Source: Candidatus Anstonellales archaeon
GTDB taxonomy: Archaea; Micrarchaeota; Micrarchaeia; Anstonellales; J096
Direction: 5' to 3'
DNA: 64,000 bases
NCBI GenBank assembly: GCA_038890615.1
Contig: JAWAFI010000001.1
Coordinates: forward strand, 494,629 to 558,628
Part shown: piece by piece, positions 27,921-37,214 of the stretch
How the letters are laid out: every line of letters begins with the position of its first letter
How positions within the stretch are numbered: the stretch's first letter is position 1
Position numbers and translations under genes: made by a program
The notes under the pieces: model-generated
What the model saw: the letters and a program-made list of their open reading frames with translations, nothing else
Told to the model about the DNA's origin: nothing
Databases searched by the model: none

Positions 27921-28738
27921 TCCCTCAGCTCCTTGAACCTTTCCTGCAGAGCAGCATTAAGCTTGTCTGCAATATAAGCTCCTTTGTATGCGTCTGCCTT
28001 TGCTGCTATTGCTATCTTGGCAGCAACTGCCCTTGCCATCTTTCCTTTGTTGCTCCTTTTAACCATGCTTACAAAGGGGTGGTTGAAAATGACACCGTGC
28101 TTCGGCGGGTTGCCCCTTTTATTGTTCCTAAGGAAAGTGAAAAGCGCGTTCTCTGCGCCAAGAAGCTGGATAGTGCTTGCAGGCATCACCGCAAGCTTTT
28201 CCAGGGAGCCTGCTATGCTTATGAGCTGGGCTGCGATTGCTGGAGTAGCAACCTCTGAAACGTTCGGCGCCAATGCCTTCATTAGTTTTTCCATGTAAGC
28301 CTGAAGCTCCTGCTTTTTCTGCTTTATAAACAAAGTAGTATTCGCAACGCTCCTTATTGCTTCAAGGTCCTCAGGGCTTAGGTCTATGCCCATGCTGCTC
28401 TTCCTTTCCTTTCCATCGAGAACGAACTCAAGGTATTTGTCCTTGTCAAGCTTGAGCTCAGGGTAATAGAGCGAATACATTTCGGTGAGGCGCTCAAAAA
28501 GCATCGTCTCAATCTGGTTGTGCTCACCCACTGCCCTGCTAAGGTAGTTTATAAGGAAGCTCCTTGTCCTTATCTCTTCCTTTGCCTTTTCCTTTGCCTT
28601 CTTTATCCACTGCTGCCTCTTGTCCCTTCCTTCTTTATTATGTTTCCACGCTAGTCTTTCATCTGCCCAAGAAGGCCTGCTGCCCCTTTCCCTAAATCTT
28701 TTATTTCTTCCTTTTTTCCATCGGTCTTTCTTCCCCAT
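27917..28738 (-). CDS. nop5: C/D-box sRNP scaffold Nop5 (Nop56/58), N-terminally reduced
   Basis: YYPEL, APN, PASTIQLLGAENALF, PKHGVIF, GKMARAVAAK. Confidence 0.92.
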   Translation of the reverse strand: MGKKDRWKKGRNKRFRERGSRPSWADERLAWKHNKEGRDKRQQWIKKAKEKAKEEIRTRSFLINYLSRAVGEHNQIETMLFERLTEMYSLYYPELKLDKDKYLEFVLDGKERKSSMGIDLSPEDLEAIRSVANTTLFIKQKKQELQAYMEKLMKALAPNVSEVATPAIAAQLISIAGSLEKLAVMPASTIQLLGAENALFTFLRNNKRGNPPKHGVIFNHPFVSMVKRSNKGKMARAVAAKIAIAAKADAYKGAYIADKLNAALQERFKELRE

Positions 28739-28837
28739 TGAAAACACCTTAATTGAGCCTGCCAAAAAGGCACTATAAGGTATGGTGCATTTATTTTAAA
28801 TAGCTTGCCATAGGACTTATGGTAAAGAGGTGGTTTA

Positions 28838-29848
28838 TTGGAGGGCTCAGGGAAAGCTGGCTATAAAATATGCGAGAGGCTTTATGGGGATAAAGCTGAA
28901 TTTATATGCGGAGGGCTCTTTTCAGGTGTTGAGCAAAAATTGGATGCTTTGCTAAGAAGCATTGATTTTGAATGGAGCTCCTTCAACTTTGAGACCATAA
29001 TACCTAACTCAGTAATGATTAAAGAGGAGGAATTCTTGCATATTTCAAAAAAGAGCATAAAGGCTGAGCTCAACGAATACATCTCTTCGCTTATAGAGGA
29101 AAAAGCAGGGAAGGAAAGGAGTATAGAGATGCCTGATGTCTTCCTATCCCTCAATTTTAGGAATGGCAGGTTTAAGGCAAGGCCTGCGCCTCTTTACATC
29201 TTTGGCAGGTATAAAAAAGAGGCAGGGATTGCTCAAAGCAGATGGATTTCCCCTGATGGGAGCTATAAACACCCTTCTGTAGAAGAATTAGTAGGGGAAA
29301 GGGCTAAGGTGCTATTCAATGGCAAGGGATACAAGCTCCATGCTTCTGGAAGGGAGGACATAGATGCTAGGAACACAGCAGGTAGGCCTTTTGTGCTTGA
29401 GTTGAGTGAAGCACGCAAAAGGAAGAATCCAGAGATGCTTAATGGGGTGTTTGGTGGGGTTGAAATATCTGACGCAAAGTTCCTGCCGTTCAGCGCAGTA
29501 ACCCTTGTTTCTGATTCCCACTTTGACAAAACATACAAGGCAAAGCTAGACCAGAGCGTTGAGCCATTTTCCTTTGAGAACATAGCCATAGCCCAAAAGA
29601 CTCCAGAAAGGGTGAAGCATAGGAGGGCTGACATCATAAGGGAGAGGGTTGTGTTCAATGCCCGCTCGGTTGGGCCTGATGAGGTTGAGATAACAGCAGA
29701 GGCAGGCACTTACATAAAAGAATTCATAAGCGGGGACGGGGGGCGCACAACACCCTCCCTATCCGAGCTTCTCGGCAGGCAGCTAAGGTGCACTGCGCTT
29801 GAGGTTGTGCGCATAGAAGATGATTTCCTAAGGCACTTGGGGCTTTGA
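28838..29848 (+). CDS. pus10: tRNA pseudouridine(54/55) synthase Pus10
   Basis: HASGREDIDAR, GRPF, QKTPERVKHRRA, AGTYIKEFISGDGGRTTPS. Confidence 0.95.
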   Translation: MEGSGKAGYKICERLYGDKAEFICGGLFSGVEQKLDALLRSIDFEWSSFNFETIIPNSVMIKEEEFLHISKKSIKAELNEYISSLIEEKAGKERSIEMPDVFLSLNFRNGRFKARPAPLYIFGRYKKEAGIAQSRWISPDGSYKHPSVEELVGERAKVLFNGKGYKLHASGREDIDARNTAGRPFVLELSEARKRKNPEMLNGVFGGVEISDAKFLPFSAVTLVSDSHFDKTYKAKLDQSVEPFSFENIAIAQKTPERVKHRRADIIRERVVFNARSVGPDEVEITAEAGTYIKEFISGDGGRTTPSLSELLGRQLRCTALEVVRIEDDFLRHLGL

Positions 29849-29890
29849 TTCCTGCGAAGCTATTTAAACACCCTCTAACAAAATCCTAAC

Positions 29891-30709
29891 ATGCTTGACA
29901 TACTTATACAACATGTGGCGATGCCTTTCGAGGAGGTAAGAATAGTGCTTTCCCTGCTCATGATAGGGGCAGGGGCCTACTTTGACATAAAGCAGGATAG
30001 GGAGATACCTGACATGCTTGTGTACGGCTCGTTGGCTGTTTCAGCCCTAATGGCCTTGCTCCTTCCTTTTGAGCTTCTTTTATATGCAGCAGTTGTTGCC
30101 TTGCTGGTTGGGGTTTTTGGCTACATGGCTTATAAATCAGGGCAGCTTGGAAGCGCTGATGTCTTGATGTTTGTTGCGCTCTGCCTTATGCTTCCAATAC
30201 ATCCTTCATTCCTAAGCATGCCTGTCAACGTGCCATTCTTTTTCAGCGCATACATTTTCGCAAGCGTGCTTTTCATACTTTATCAGTTAATTTCAATAGT
30301 CCCAGTAATATTAGAAGATCCTTCTAATGCAAAAAAGGAGGCTCTTATAATCCTAGTACCATACCTAATCTTCGTTTATTTCTACTTCACGACCCCAATA
30401 TTCTCATTTGCCTACTTCATGCTTTTTACCTTGGTAGTGCTCTTTGCAGTGTTCTTCTATGCCTACAAGGACCAGATAATGAAATCCTTTGTTGTTGAAA
30501 TACCGCTGAGTAAGGCAGAGGAAGAGGTTGCTGCAGCAGAATACCTAAGCGTAAAGGTGAACAGGGTGATAACAAAGGATGATATAGAGCTCCTGAAGAA
30601 GAAAAGGATAAAGAAAGTGAAGATATACAAGTATGCGCCTTTCCTTCCCTTCCTTTTTGCAGGCGTGGTGCTTGGCCTCCTAATAAGTCCTCTTTCCTTC
30701 ATGTATTAA
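29891..30709 (+). CDS. Prepilin/preflagellin peptidase (A24 family)
   Basis: YFDIKQDREIPD, GSAD, C-terminal PFLPFL; multi-TM. Confidence 0.85.
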   Translation: MLDILIQHVAMPFEEVRIVLSLLMIGAGAYFDIKQDREIPDMLVYGSLAVSALMALLLPFELLLYAAVVALLVGVFGYMAYKSGQLGSADVLMFVALCLMLPIHPSFLSMPVNVPFFFSAYIFASVLFILYQLISIVPVILEDPSNAKKEALIILVPYLIFVYFYFTTPIFSFAYFMLFTLVVLFAVFFYAYKDQIMKSFVVEIPLSKAEEEVAAAEYLSVKVNRVITKDDIELLKKKRIKKVKIYKYAPFLPFLFAGVVLGLLISPLSFMY

Positions 30710-30764
30710 GCAAGCTTACCCACCCTGCTATGCACCACATTTTTAACCTTTTCCTTATAAAATT

Positions 30765-33026
30765 ATGGCAGCTTTGTTTAAGATGGGGTGGTTGGCAATC
30801 TCATTATTGCTCCTCATAGGCTCTGCGAACAGCAGCGGCTGTACTATAAGCCCAAGCTCTGCATCTCTCTTTTATGGAGAAACCAAAGAATTTAGCATAA
30901 CGTGCTCAGCAGGTGATTGCAGCAGCGTGCTTTCTGAGCCCTTCACAATAGAAACACCCCATTCATTTTCCGCTCGCCTTATCATACCATACGGTAAGTT
31001 CTCCCTTACAACCTCTCCAACAGGCCAAGGAGAGGATTCTGGCATAGTGAAAGCAAAAGCAACTGCCGAGAACGGCTCAGCAGTGGAATGCACTGCCAAC
31101 GTTTCAATAACCGACACAAAAAACATAACGTGCAGCCTATACGATTTATGGCTCAGCAAAGGAGTAACTACAACAGAAGAGGTTCAATGTTTTGAGTGCA
31201 TTGCTGGCCAATGCCGCCCTGTTTTTGGCGGCTGCCAAGAGGCAGTTTCAAAGCCTTTTGCATGGGTCATTAAGCCCAACTCTAATGGAATATCATTAAC
31301 ACCACTCGACAACTACAATACAGAGGTTGAGATTACTGCAACAGAGGACGTAGGGGAGGATAGGATAATTGAGGCGAGCAGCAGGGACATAGACAACAAC
31401 TTAGTGTCATGCTCAGCAACGATACACCAGTACAGGGAGAGAGTTGAGAAGTGCATGGTTATGCCCATCTCCTACTCCTTGCTTTCCCAAACCCCTTCTG
31501 TAACCTATGGAACAAGATGCGTTGATCCCTCTGGGCTTATAAAAGAGTGCGATAAAGGCCACAGCATAAGGGCAATAGGCCTTTCTTCCCAAAGCTCCCA
31601 GCAGATAACGCTGCCGTTGGTTGAGCTGAACAAAAGGCCGATAGGGGGCTATCTTATAGTTGCAGAAGATGGAGAATGCTCCTCTTACTTCCATCCTATA
31701 ATAGCTGCACCTTTGCCCAACCTAAAGTTCAAGCCGCAATGCACAAAGGACGAGGATTGCAGCAAAGGCAAATGCATTGACGGACTCTGCAGGTTTGAGC
31801 AGTGCAGCATCAAGCCAATAGAAAGGGGCTCTGTAAAATTCTGCTACGAGCAAGAAGGATGCACTCCTACAATCCATTCTTCAACCATGGATAAATTTCT
31901 CATGGTTCCTCTATTTTACACAATAAAGGGCGACAAAGTTTACATCTTAGAAGTTGGTGGTGGTCCACAATCGCGCATAGGTGTTATGGACATATCAGAC
32001 CCAGCCAACCCTAAGCTCCTTTATCAAACCTCACTGCTTAGCTGCGGGGATAGTAAAACGATGGTTGGAATGAGTAGTGTCTCAAATGATAATAAGATAG
32101 CTTTTTTCAATAGGTGTGGCAATCATATAATGATTTATGATACAAGCTCATTTAGAGAATGTGCAGGGGCTCTTCTTGGTCTAATAGTTAGGCCTGAGAT
32201 CGTAAAACTTCAATCAGGAAGATACATATTTGGAGACCTTTTTTACCTTTCAGCTAATGATGAGGCTATACAAGATATGGAGAAGATAGGTATAGATTAT
32301 GATTATTGTAGGCCTACATCAATATTTTCAAGCTCAGGCGGTCCAACTAGTTCATCACCAAAGACAGAATCACCAGGGGCTATTGATATAAAGCGGCCAC
32401 CATATGGCATGGTAAGAGCATTTGAATATAATGGGCGCACTTACCTCCTTGCACTTGCTTATTCTAATTCTCGTAATGATCCAGATGCAGATGGAGCTAT
32501 AGGGCTTTACGATATAACAGATTTTTCCCCATTTTCTAACTCACCGCATCTAGGAATAATAAAAATTTTTGACAAAAAAGAATTCAAGATGGTTGCTACT
32601 ACTGCATCAGCTGTGCGTGATGGAAAGATTTATGTAATGGCCCAAAAACAGCAAGGTGATTATGGTTATAGGCTTTATGTGTTTGACATGAATGGCAATG
32701 AATTGGCTGGCTCCTTAGATTATTGGGATAGCATTCCGTATCTGTTAAGTGTAGATAGCAAATATGCTTATGTATCTTTTATAAGTTCAATACCCATAAA
32801 AATAATTGAATTGGAAACTATGAAGACCATTCCTCTTCCAGATAGATTTGCTCAACACGCTGTACAGGAAGGCTATACTCCCTCTATTACTTATTACCTT
32901 ATAGGTAGAGAAAAGAACAACAAGCACTATTTCTTAGTGCCTATATTTTATAAAAATAATGATGGCACACTCTTCTCTACTGTATACACCTCTTTTGAGC
33001 TGGTTGAGGAATGCATTTACATTTAA
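30765..33026 (+). CDS. Large secreted cysteine-rich protein (Ig-like repeats plus probable beta-propeller)
   Basis: Signal peptide; many Cys; CTKDEDCSKGKCIDGLC module; VMDISDPANPKL (LVIVD-like). Confidence 0.7.
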   Translation: MAALFKMGWLAISLLLLIGSANSSGCTISPSSASLFYGETKEFSITCSAGDCSSVLSEPFTIETPHSFSARLIIPYGKFSLTTSPTGQGEDSGIVKAKATAENGSAVECTANVSITDTKNITCSLYDLWLSKGVTTTEEVQCFECIAGQCRPVFGGCQEAVSKPFAWVIKPNSNGISLTPLDNYNTEVEITATEDVGEDRIIEASSRDIDNNLVSCSATIHQYRERVEKCMVMPISYSLLSQTPSVTYGTRCVDPSGLIKECDKGHSIRAIGLSSQSSQQITLPLVELNKRPIGGYLIVAEDGECSSYFHPIIAAPLPNLKFKPQCTKDEDCSKGKCIDGLCRFEQCSIKPIERGSVKFCYEQEGCTPTIHSSTMDKFLMVPLFYTIKGDKVYILEVGGGPQSRIGVMDISDPANPKLLYQTSLLSCGDSKTMVGMSSVSNDNKIAFFNRCGNHIMIYDTSSFRECAGALLGLIVRPEIVKLQSGRYIFGDLFYLSANDEAIQDMEKIGIDYDYCRPTSIFSSSGGPTSSSPKTESPGAIDIKRPPYGMVRAFEYNGRTYLLALAYSNSRNDPDADGAIGLYDITDFSPFSNSPHLGIIKIFDKKEFKMVATTASAVRDGKIYVMAQKQQGDYGYRLYVFDMNGNELAGSLDYWDSIPYLLSVDSKYAYVSFISSIPIKIIELETMKTIPLPDRFAQHAVQEGYTPSITYYLIGREKNNKHYFLVPIFYKNNDGTLFSTVYTSFELVEECIYI

Positions 33027-33094
33027 GTGAGCACTGGCATCAACCCCTTCAGCCCTTTTTAAACAAAGCAATTCAAAAGATTAAGGCGATCAGC

Positions 33095-33358
33095 ATGATA
33101 GAGGACGAGCTTGTTCATTGGTGGAAGGACGAGCAGGGAGGATACAAGAAAACCTTTGTTAGGATAGAGAGCGACCCCCCACGGGAAGAGAATGGGTTTC
33201 CTAGGGATGGATTCATCTACTTAAAAGTTGTCAATGGTGAGCAATCAGCATTCATAAAGCTCAGCGTCGGCGAAGCCCTGTACCTTTCAGCCCAGCTTGA
33301 GCACATTTCGAAGATGATGCTCTACCAGAAGAGGCAGCTTTGGAATTCAAAGTTTTAG
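33095..33358 (+). CDS. Small hypothetical protein (beta-sheet plus helix; possibly PC4/Whirly-like)
   Basis: 87 aa from ATG 33095 with TATA-like TTTTTAAA upstream; 3' overlap with convergent tRNA thiolase. Confidence 0.65.
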   Translation: MIEDELVHWWKDEQGGYKKTFVRIESDPPREENGFPRDGFIYLKVVNGEQSAFIKLSVGEALYLSAQLEHISKMMLYQKRQLWNSKF

Positions 33359-34232
33359 TCATTTTGCAGAACATACAGAGCTCATTGTTGGTCGGCTCGC
33401 CGCATTTTTTGCATTTTGAGATGCTTGAATGCTCAGTTGGCTTCATCCGTTCAGCTATGCTCTCAAATGATCGTGCCATCCTTAGCTTTGTGCCAGGGAA
33501 TTTTTCCTCAAGCCTGTTTAGCTCCTCCCTTATGTACTTTCGCATCCCCAAATATGAGTATGGGCATTCTGCAAGGTGGCACTCAATGCCCTTGACCAAG
33601 GCGTATATTGCTACCTCCCTTTCAGGAATGTTCATTAATGGCCTTATGCGCGGTATGAAGCCTTCATCACTTACTGAAGGGTAAAAGAAGCGCACTGCCC
33701 TGTCTGGCTCGTTCCTCGTAAGGTTTAGCATCAGCGTCTGCACAACATCATCAAGGTTGTGGCCTATTGCTATCTTCGTTGCCCCAATTTCCTTTGCTCC
33801 TTTGTTTAAGAGATATCTCCTCACAACCCCGCAGTAGGAACACGCTTCCTTGTACCTCTGGTCCACTGTCTCTGCAAAGCTGCTTGCCTTTATTATTTTC
33901 AGCGTGACCCCTATCCTCCTGCATAGCTTCCTAAGCTCTGCAATGCTCTTGTCTCTATAGCCCTTTATACCTTCGTCAATGCATAGCGCAACAACCTCAA
34001 AAGGCATTTTTTTGGTGAGCTTCTTAAGGATGTAAAGCATTACTGAGCTGTCCTTCCCTCCAGAAACGCCTACAGCTACTATATCACCTTTCCTTATCAT
34101 TGAATGCTCCCGGATAGTGCTGAAAACCCTTTTTTCAAAATAACCAGTAAAATGCCTCTCGCAAAGGCTTTGCCCTGTGTAAAGAAGGTTTATTATTGCC
34201 CTTTTCCCGCACCTTGAGCACTCAGCCACCAT
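33261..34232 (-). CDS. tRNA 2-thiolation protein (NcsA/TtuA family)
   Basis: CSRC...CERHF, SGGKDS, CSYCGVVRR, GHNLDD, CPY, C-terminal zinc finger. Confidence 0.95.
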   Translation of the reverse strand: MVAECSRCGKRAIINLLYTGQSLCERHFTGYFEKRVFSTIREHSMIRKGDIVAVGVSGGKDSSVMLYILKKLTKKMPFEVVALCIDEGIKGYRDKSIAELRKLCRRIGVTLKIIKASSFAETVDQRYKEACSYCGVVRRYLLNKGAKEIGATKIAIGHNLDDVVQTLMLNLTRNEPDRAVRFFYPSVSDEGFIPRIRPLMNIPEREVAIYALVKGIECHLAECPYSYLGMRKYIREELNRLEEKFPGTKLRMARSFESIAERMKPTEHSSISKCKKCGEPTNNELCMFCKMTKTLNSKAASSGRASSSKCAQAGLKGTGLRRR

Positions 34233-34410
34233 AAACCACCTTGATTATCTCAACCTTATCCCCTTCACCAACCTTCTCATCATCTGTGGCTAATTTTCCA
34301 TTGACCTTGACTATGTGCTCCTCCCTACTAAGCCCTAACTTCTGCATCAGCTGGAGCACGCTTCCCCTGAACCTCAGCTTCCTTTTCTTTCCGTCAACAC
34401 TGGCAATCAT
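34222..34410 (-). CDS. Ubiquitin-like sulfur carrier (SAMP2/ThiS-like)
   Basis: 62 aa ending VYGG; coupled to the thiolase. Confidence 0.93.
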   Translation of the reverse strand: MIASVDGKKRKLRFRGSVLQLMQKLGLSREEHIVKVNGKLATDDEKVGEGDKVEIIKVVYGG

Positions 34411-34444
34411 AACCCTTTTATTCCTATCAGTGTTTTAAATCCTT

Positions 34445-35593
34445 ATGAAAATTCTTGGAATTGCAGGAAGGGAGATAATCAATTCGAGGGGGAAAGCTGC
34501 TTTTGAGGCAGAGATAATTACAGATGAAGGCATTTTCAGGGGCGCAGCCCCAAGCGGGGCTTCAACAGGTAGGAATGAAGCAGTTGAGAAAAGGGATGGT
34601 GGCAGAAGATGGGCAGGCAGCGGCTTCATGGGCTCGCTTTCAAGGCTTAAGCAAATTGGCAAAAAGCTAGTTGGCAAGGAATTCAGGACTTTAAATGAGT
34701 TTGACAGCGCCCTCATAAAAATTGATGGCACAAAGGGCAAGTCAAGGCTGGGCTCTGAATTGACAACTGCGCTGTCAGCTGCATTCTTCAAGGCGCAATG
34801 CCCAAAGCCAAAAAAGATGCCGATACCTATGTTCAACATAATAAATGGAGGGGTGCATGGGGGGAGTGGGTTGGCAATACAGGAGTTCATGGCAGTGCCT
34901 CAGGAGAAGACATTCAAGGAGGCAGTGGTTGCAGGCTGTGAGATATATACAGAGCTCAGAAAAGCAATAGAGAAGAAATACGGAAGGGGCGCAACAGGGG
35001 TAGGCGATGAAGGCGGGTTCATACCTCCTTTGAGAAACAGCAGCCAGGCGCTTGACTTGATTTGCTCAAGCGCAGAGGAAGCTGGAAGGAGGTTTAAGAT
35101 AGCGCTTGATGCTGCTGCCAACTCCTTTTTTTCAAAGGGCAATTACTTAATTGATGGCAAGAAGCTTTCGCCTGAATCCCTTCTTGAGCATTATAGAGGT
35201 ATAATTTCGAGCTACCCTGTAATGAGCATTGAGGACCCTTTTGCAGAAGGGCATGAAGAATTCTTTGGAAAGCTTAACAATAGCATAAAAGTTATTGGGG
35301 ATGACATTACAGTCACTTCAAAGAGGCTTATAATAAAGAACTCCAAGAACATAAGCGGGGTGATAATAAAAATCAACCAAGTAGGCACAGTGACAGAAGC
35401 AATAGAGGCAGTTAGGGCTGCGAAGCAGAGTGGCATTTTTACAGTCGTAAGCCACCGCTCTGGAGAAACAGAGGACCTCACAATATCCTTGCTGAGCGCA
35501 TGGCTCCCCTCTGACTACATAAAGAGCGGAGCCCCTGCCAGGGAAAGGGCTGCCAAGTACAACGAGCTGATAAGGCTGGAAGAATGCTTGTAA
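34445..35593 (+). CDS. eno: Enolase (compact)
   Basis: PSGASTG, QEFM, GDEGGF, SIEDPF, GDD, KINQVG, SHRSGETED. Confidence 0.96.
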   Translation: MKILGIAGREIINSRGKAAFEAEIITDEGIFRGAAPSGASTGRNEAVEKRDGGRRWAGSGFMGSLSRLKQIGKKLVGKEFRTLNEFDSALIKIDGTKGKSRLGSELTTALSAAFFKAQCPKPKKMPIPMFNIINGGVHGGSGLAIQEFMAVPQEKTFKEAVVAGCEIYTELRKAIEKKYGRGATGVGDEGGFIPPLRNSSQALDLICSSAEEAGRRFKIALDAAANSFFSKGNYLIDGKKLSPESLLEHYRGIISSYPVMSIEDPFAEGHEEFFGKLNNSIKVIGDDITVTSKRLIIKNSKNISGVIIKINQVGTVTEAIEAVRAAKQSGIFTVVSHRSGETEDLTISLLSAWLPSDYIKSGAPARERAAKYNELIRLEECL

Positions 35594-35916
35594 CGCTTTT
35601 CCAGTATATAATCTACATAGCAATATTCTTTTTGAGCTTCGAGCTCCCAAAGCAGGGGCTTGGGGCTATTGGGGGATTGACAATGCTCTACGCATTCCTT
35701 GAGCTCACAAAGCTTGGGGGCAAGCAGGAGTTTAAGGAAAGCGACTACCTTAAAGACATTTTTGCTTCGTTCTTCTTTCCAGTGCTCCTTTTCCTGCTTT
35801 ATCCAAAATCCTTATTCCCGGCGCTCTGCCTTGCTGCGCTTGCGCTGATAAGGGTTGGCTCCCTTTCAGCCCGCATTCTGCTCTATGCAAAGCCTGGGCG
35901 GAGTAAGAAAGGCTAA
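35584..35916 (+). CDS. Small membrane protein
   Basis: 110 aa, about four hydrophobic segments. Confidence 0.65.
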   Translation: MLVTLFQYIIYIAIFFLSFELPKQGLGAIGGLTMLYAFLELTKLGGKQEFKESDYLKDIFASFFFPVLLFLLYPKSLFPALCLAALALIRVGSLSARILLYAKPGRSKKG

Positions 35917-35987
35917 TCTAGAATTTGATTAATGCAAATGAGCCGCATGAATGGAAAGGATTTTAAAAACCTCATATATATACCATC

Positions 35988-36752
35988 ATGCTGTTCCTCC
36001 TCGCGCTTCTGATAACAAACCCTGTTGCGATGCAGGTTGATTCAGGGGACATAGTTGACCTAGGGCAGATAGGGCCAGGCCAAACGCTGGCTATCGAGAT
36101 AAACCCTATTGTTTCAGAAGGCGGCAAGCTCGGCAAAGGCGGCCGCTATGACATTGCCTATGCAGAGCAGCTTCCTGAAGGTTGGAAATCCGAGCCAAGC
36201 AAGCTCCTTTCAAACCCATTGCAGGTGCTGGTTAAATCAGCTCCTGATGCTCAAGATGGTGTTTATTATTTCAGGGTGGTAGCGCAGGACGAGGGAAATG
36301 CAGAAGGGCTAGGTACATTCGGCTTCAGCGGCAAGGTGCGCATTACAAGAGACATACTTGCTGCCTATGTTGACAAGCAAGCCATGGATGTTGGTGTTGG
36401 GCAGCCAGCAAGGTTTTACATAACCATAGAGAACAAGGGCTCTGCAGGTGATACATTTGTGATACGCGCAGAAGGCCTTGATTCGGTACTGCAGAGGGTA
36501 GTCTATGTGCCTCCGCGCACGCCCAAGAAGGTGAGCTATGAGATAACCCTAAAGGAGCAGGAATCGCTCAACATCCCTGTTAAAGTAAGCTCTTATTCTT
36601 CCCCAGAGATAAGCACCTCAATGGTCCTTTCTGTTTCAGCAAAGCCTGACATTATCGCAGATTACAAGGCATGTGGAAACGGGCTTATGCTAATGCCTTT
36701 TGTGGAGCAGCCAGTATGCTCCTTTGCAGCGTTCATTTCCAACTTCCTGTAA
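35988..36752 (+). CDS. Secreted protein with two Ig-like domains
   Basis: Short signal; LPEGW, DAQDGVY, ITIENKGSAGDTF. Confidence 0.7.
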   Translation: MLFLLALLITNPVAMQVDSGDIVDLGQIGPGQTLAIEINPIVSEGGKLGKGGRYDIAYAEQLPEGWKSEPSKLLSNPLQVLVKSAPDAQDGVYYFRVVAQDEGNAEGLGTFGFSGKVRITRDILAAYVDKQAMDVGVGQPARFYITIENKGSAGDTFVIRAEGLDSVLQRVVYVPPRTPKKVSYEITLKEQESLNIPVKVSSYSSPEISTSMVLSVSAKPDIIADYKACGNGLMLMPFVEQPVCSFAAFISNFL

Positions 36753-36779
36753 GTTATTTAAACAGGTGCAATAACTATC

Positions 36780-37214
36780 ATGGACTGCGAAATATGTGGT
36801 TCTCCGGGGGCTAGGTTTGAAATATATATAGAAGGCGCTCGGCTAACAGTATGCAAGGCATGCAGGGGCGACAAGCCGGTGTTCTCAGCCTCATATAGAG
36901 CAGGCGATGTGAAGAGGGAAAGGCCAGAAGAGGAGGTTGTTGAGGACTACGGCAAAATCATATCAGGCGCAAGGGAAAAGGCAGGAATGGCATTGGAGGA
37001 TGTTGGCAAAAAGCTTGGCATAAGCGTGCCATACCTAAATAAGATTGAGAAGCAGCAGCTGCTACCTGATGAGAAGACAATGGAGAAGCTGGAGAAATTC
37101 TTCAAGATAAAGCTTAAGCAGAAGGCAGTGCCGCCAACATTCCAGAAAGGGGAAAAGGGCTCGATTACCATTGCTGATGTGGCAGAGGTGGAAGATGGGA
37201 GTGGACATAAGTAG
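36780..37214 (+). CDS. Archaeal multiprotein bridging factor aMBF1
   Basis: CEICG...VCKAC zinc ribbon plus HTH. Confidence 0.92.
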   Translation: MDCEICGSPGARFEIYIEGARLTVCKACRGDKPVFSASYRAGDVKRERPEEEVVEDYGKIISGAREKAGMALEDVGKKLGISVPYLNKIEKQQLLPDEKTMEKLEKFFKIKLKQKAVPPTFQKGEKGSITIADVAEVEDGSGHK

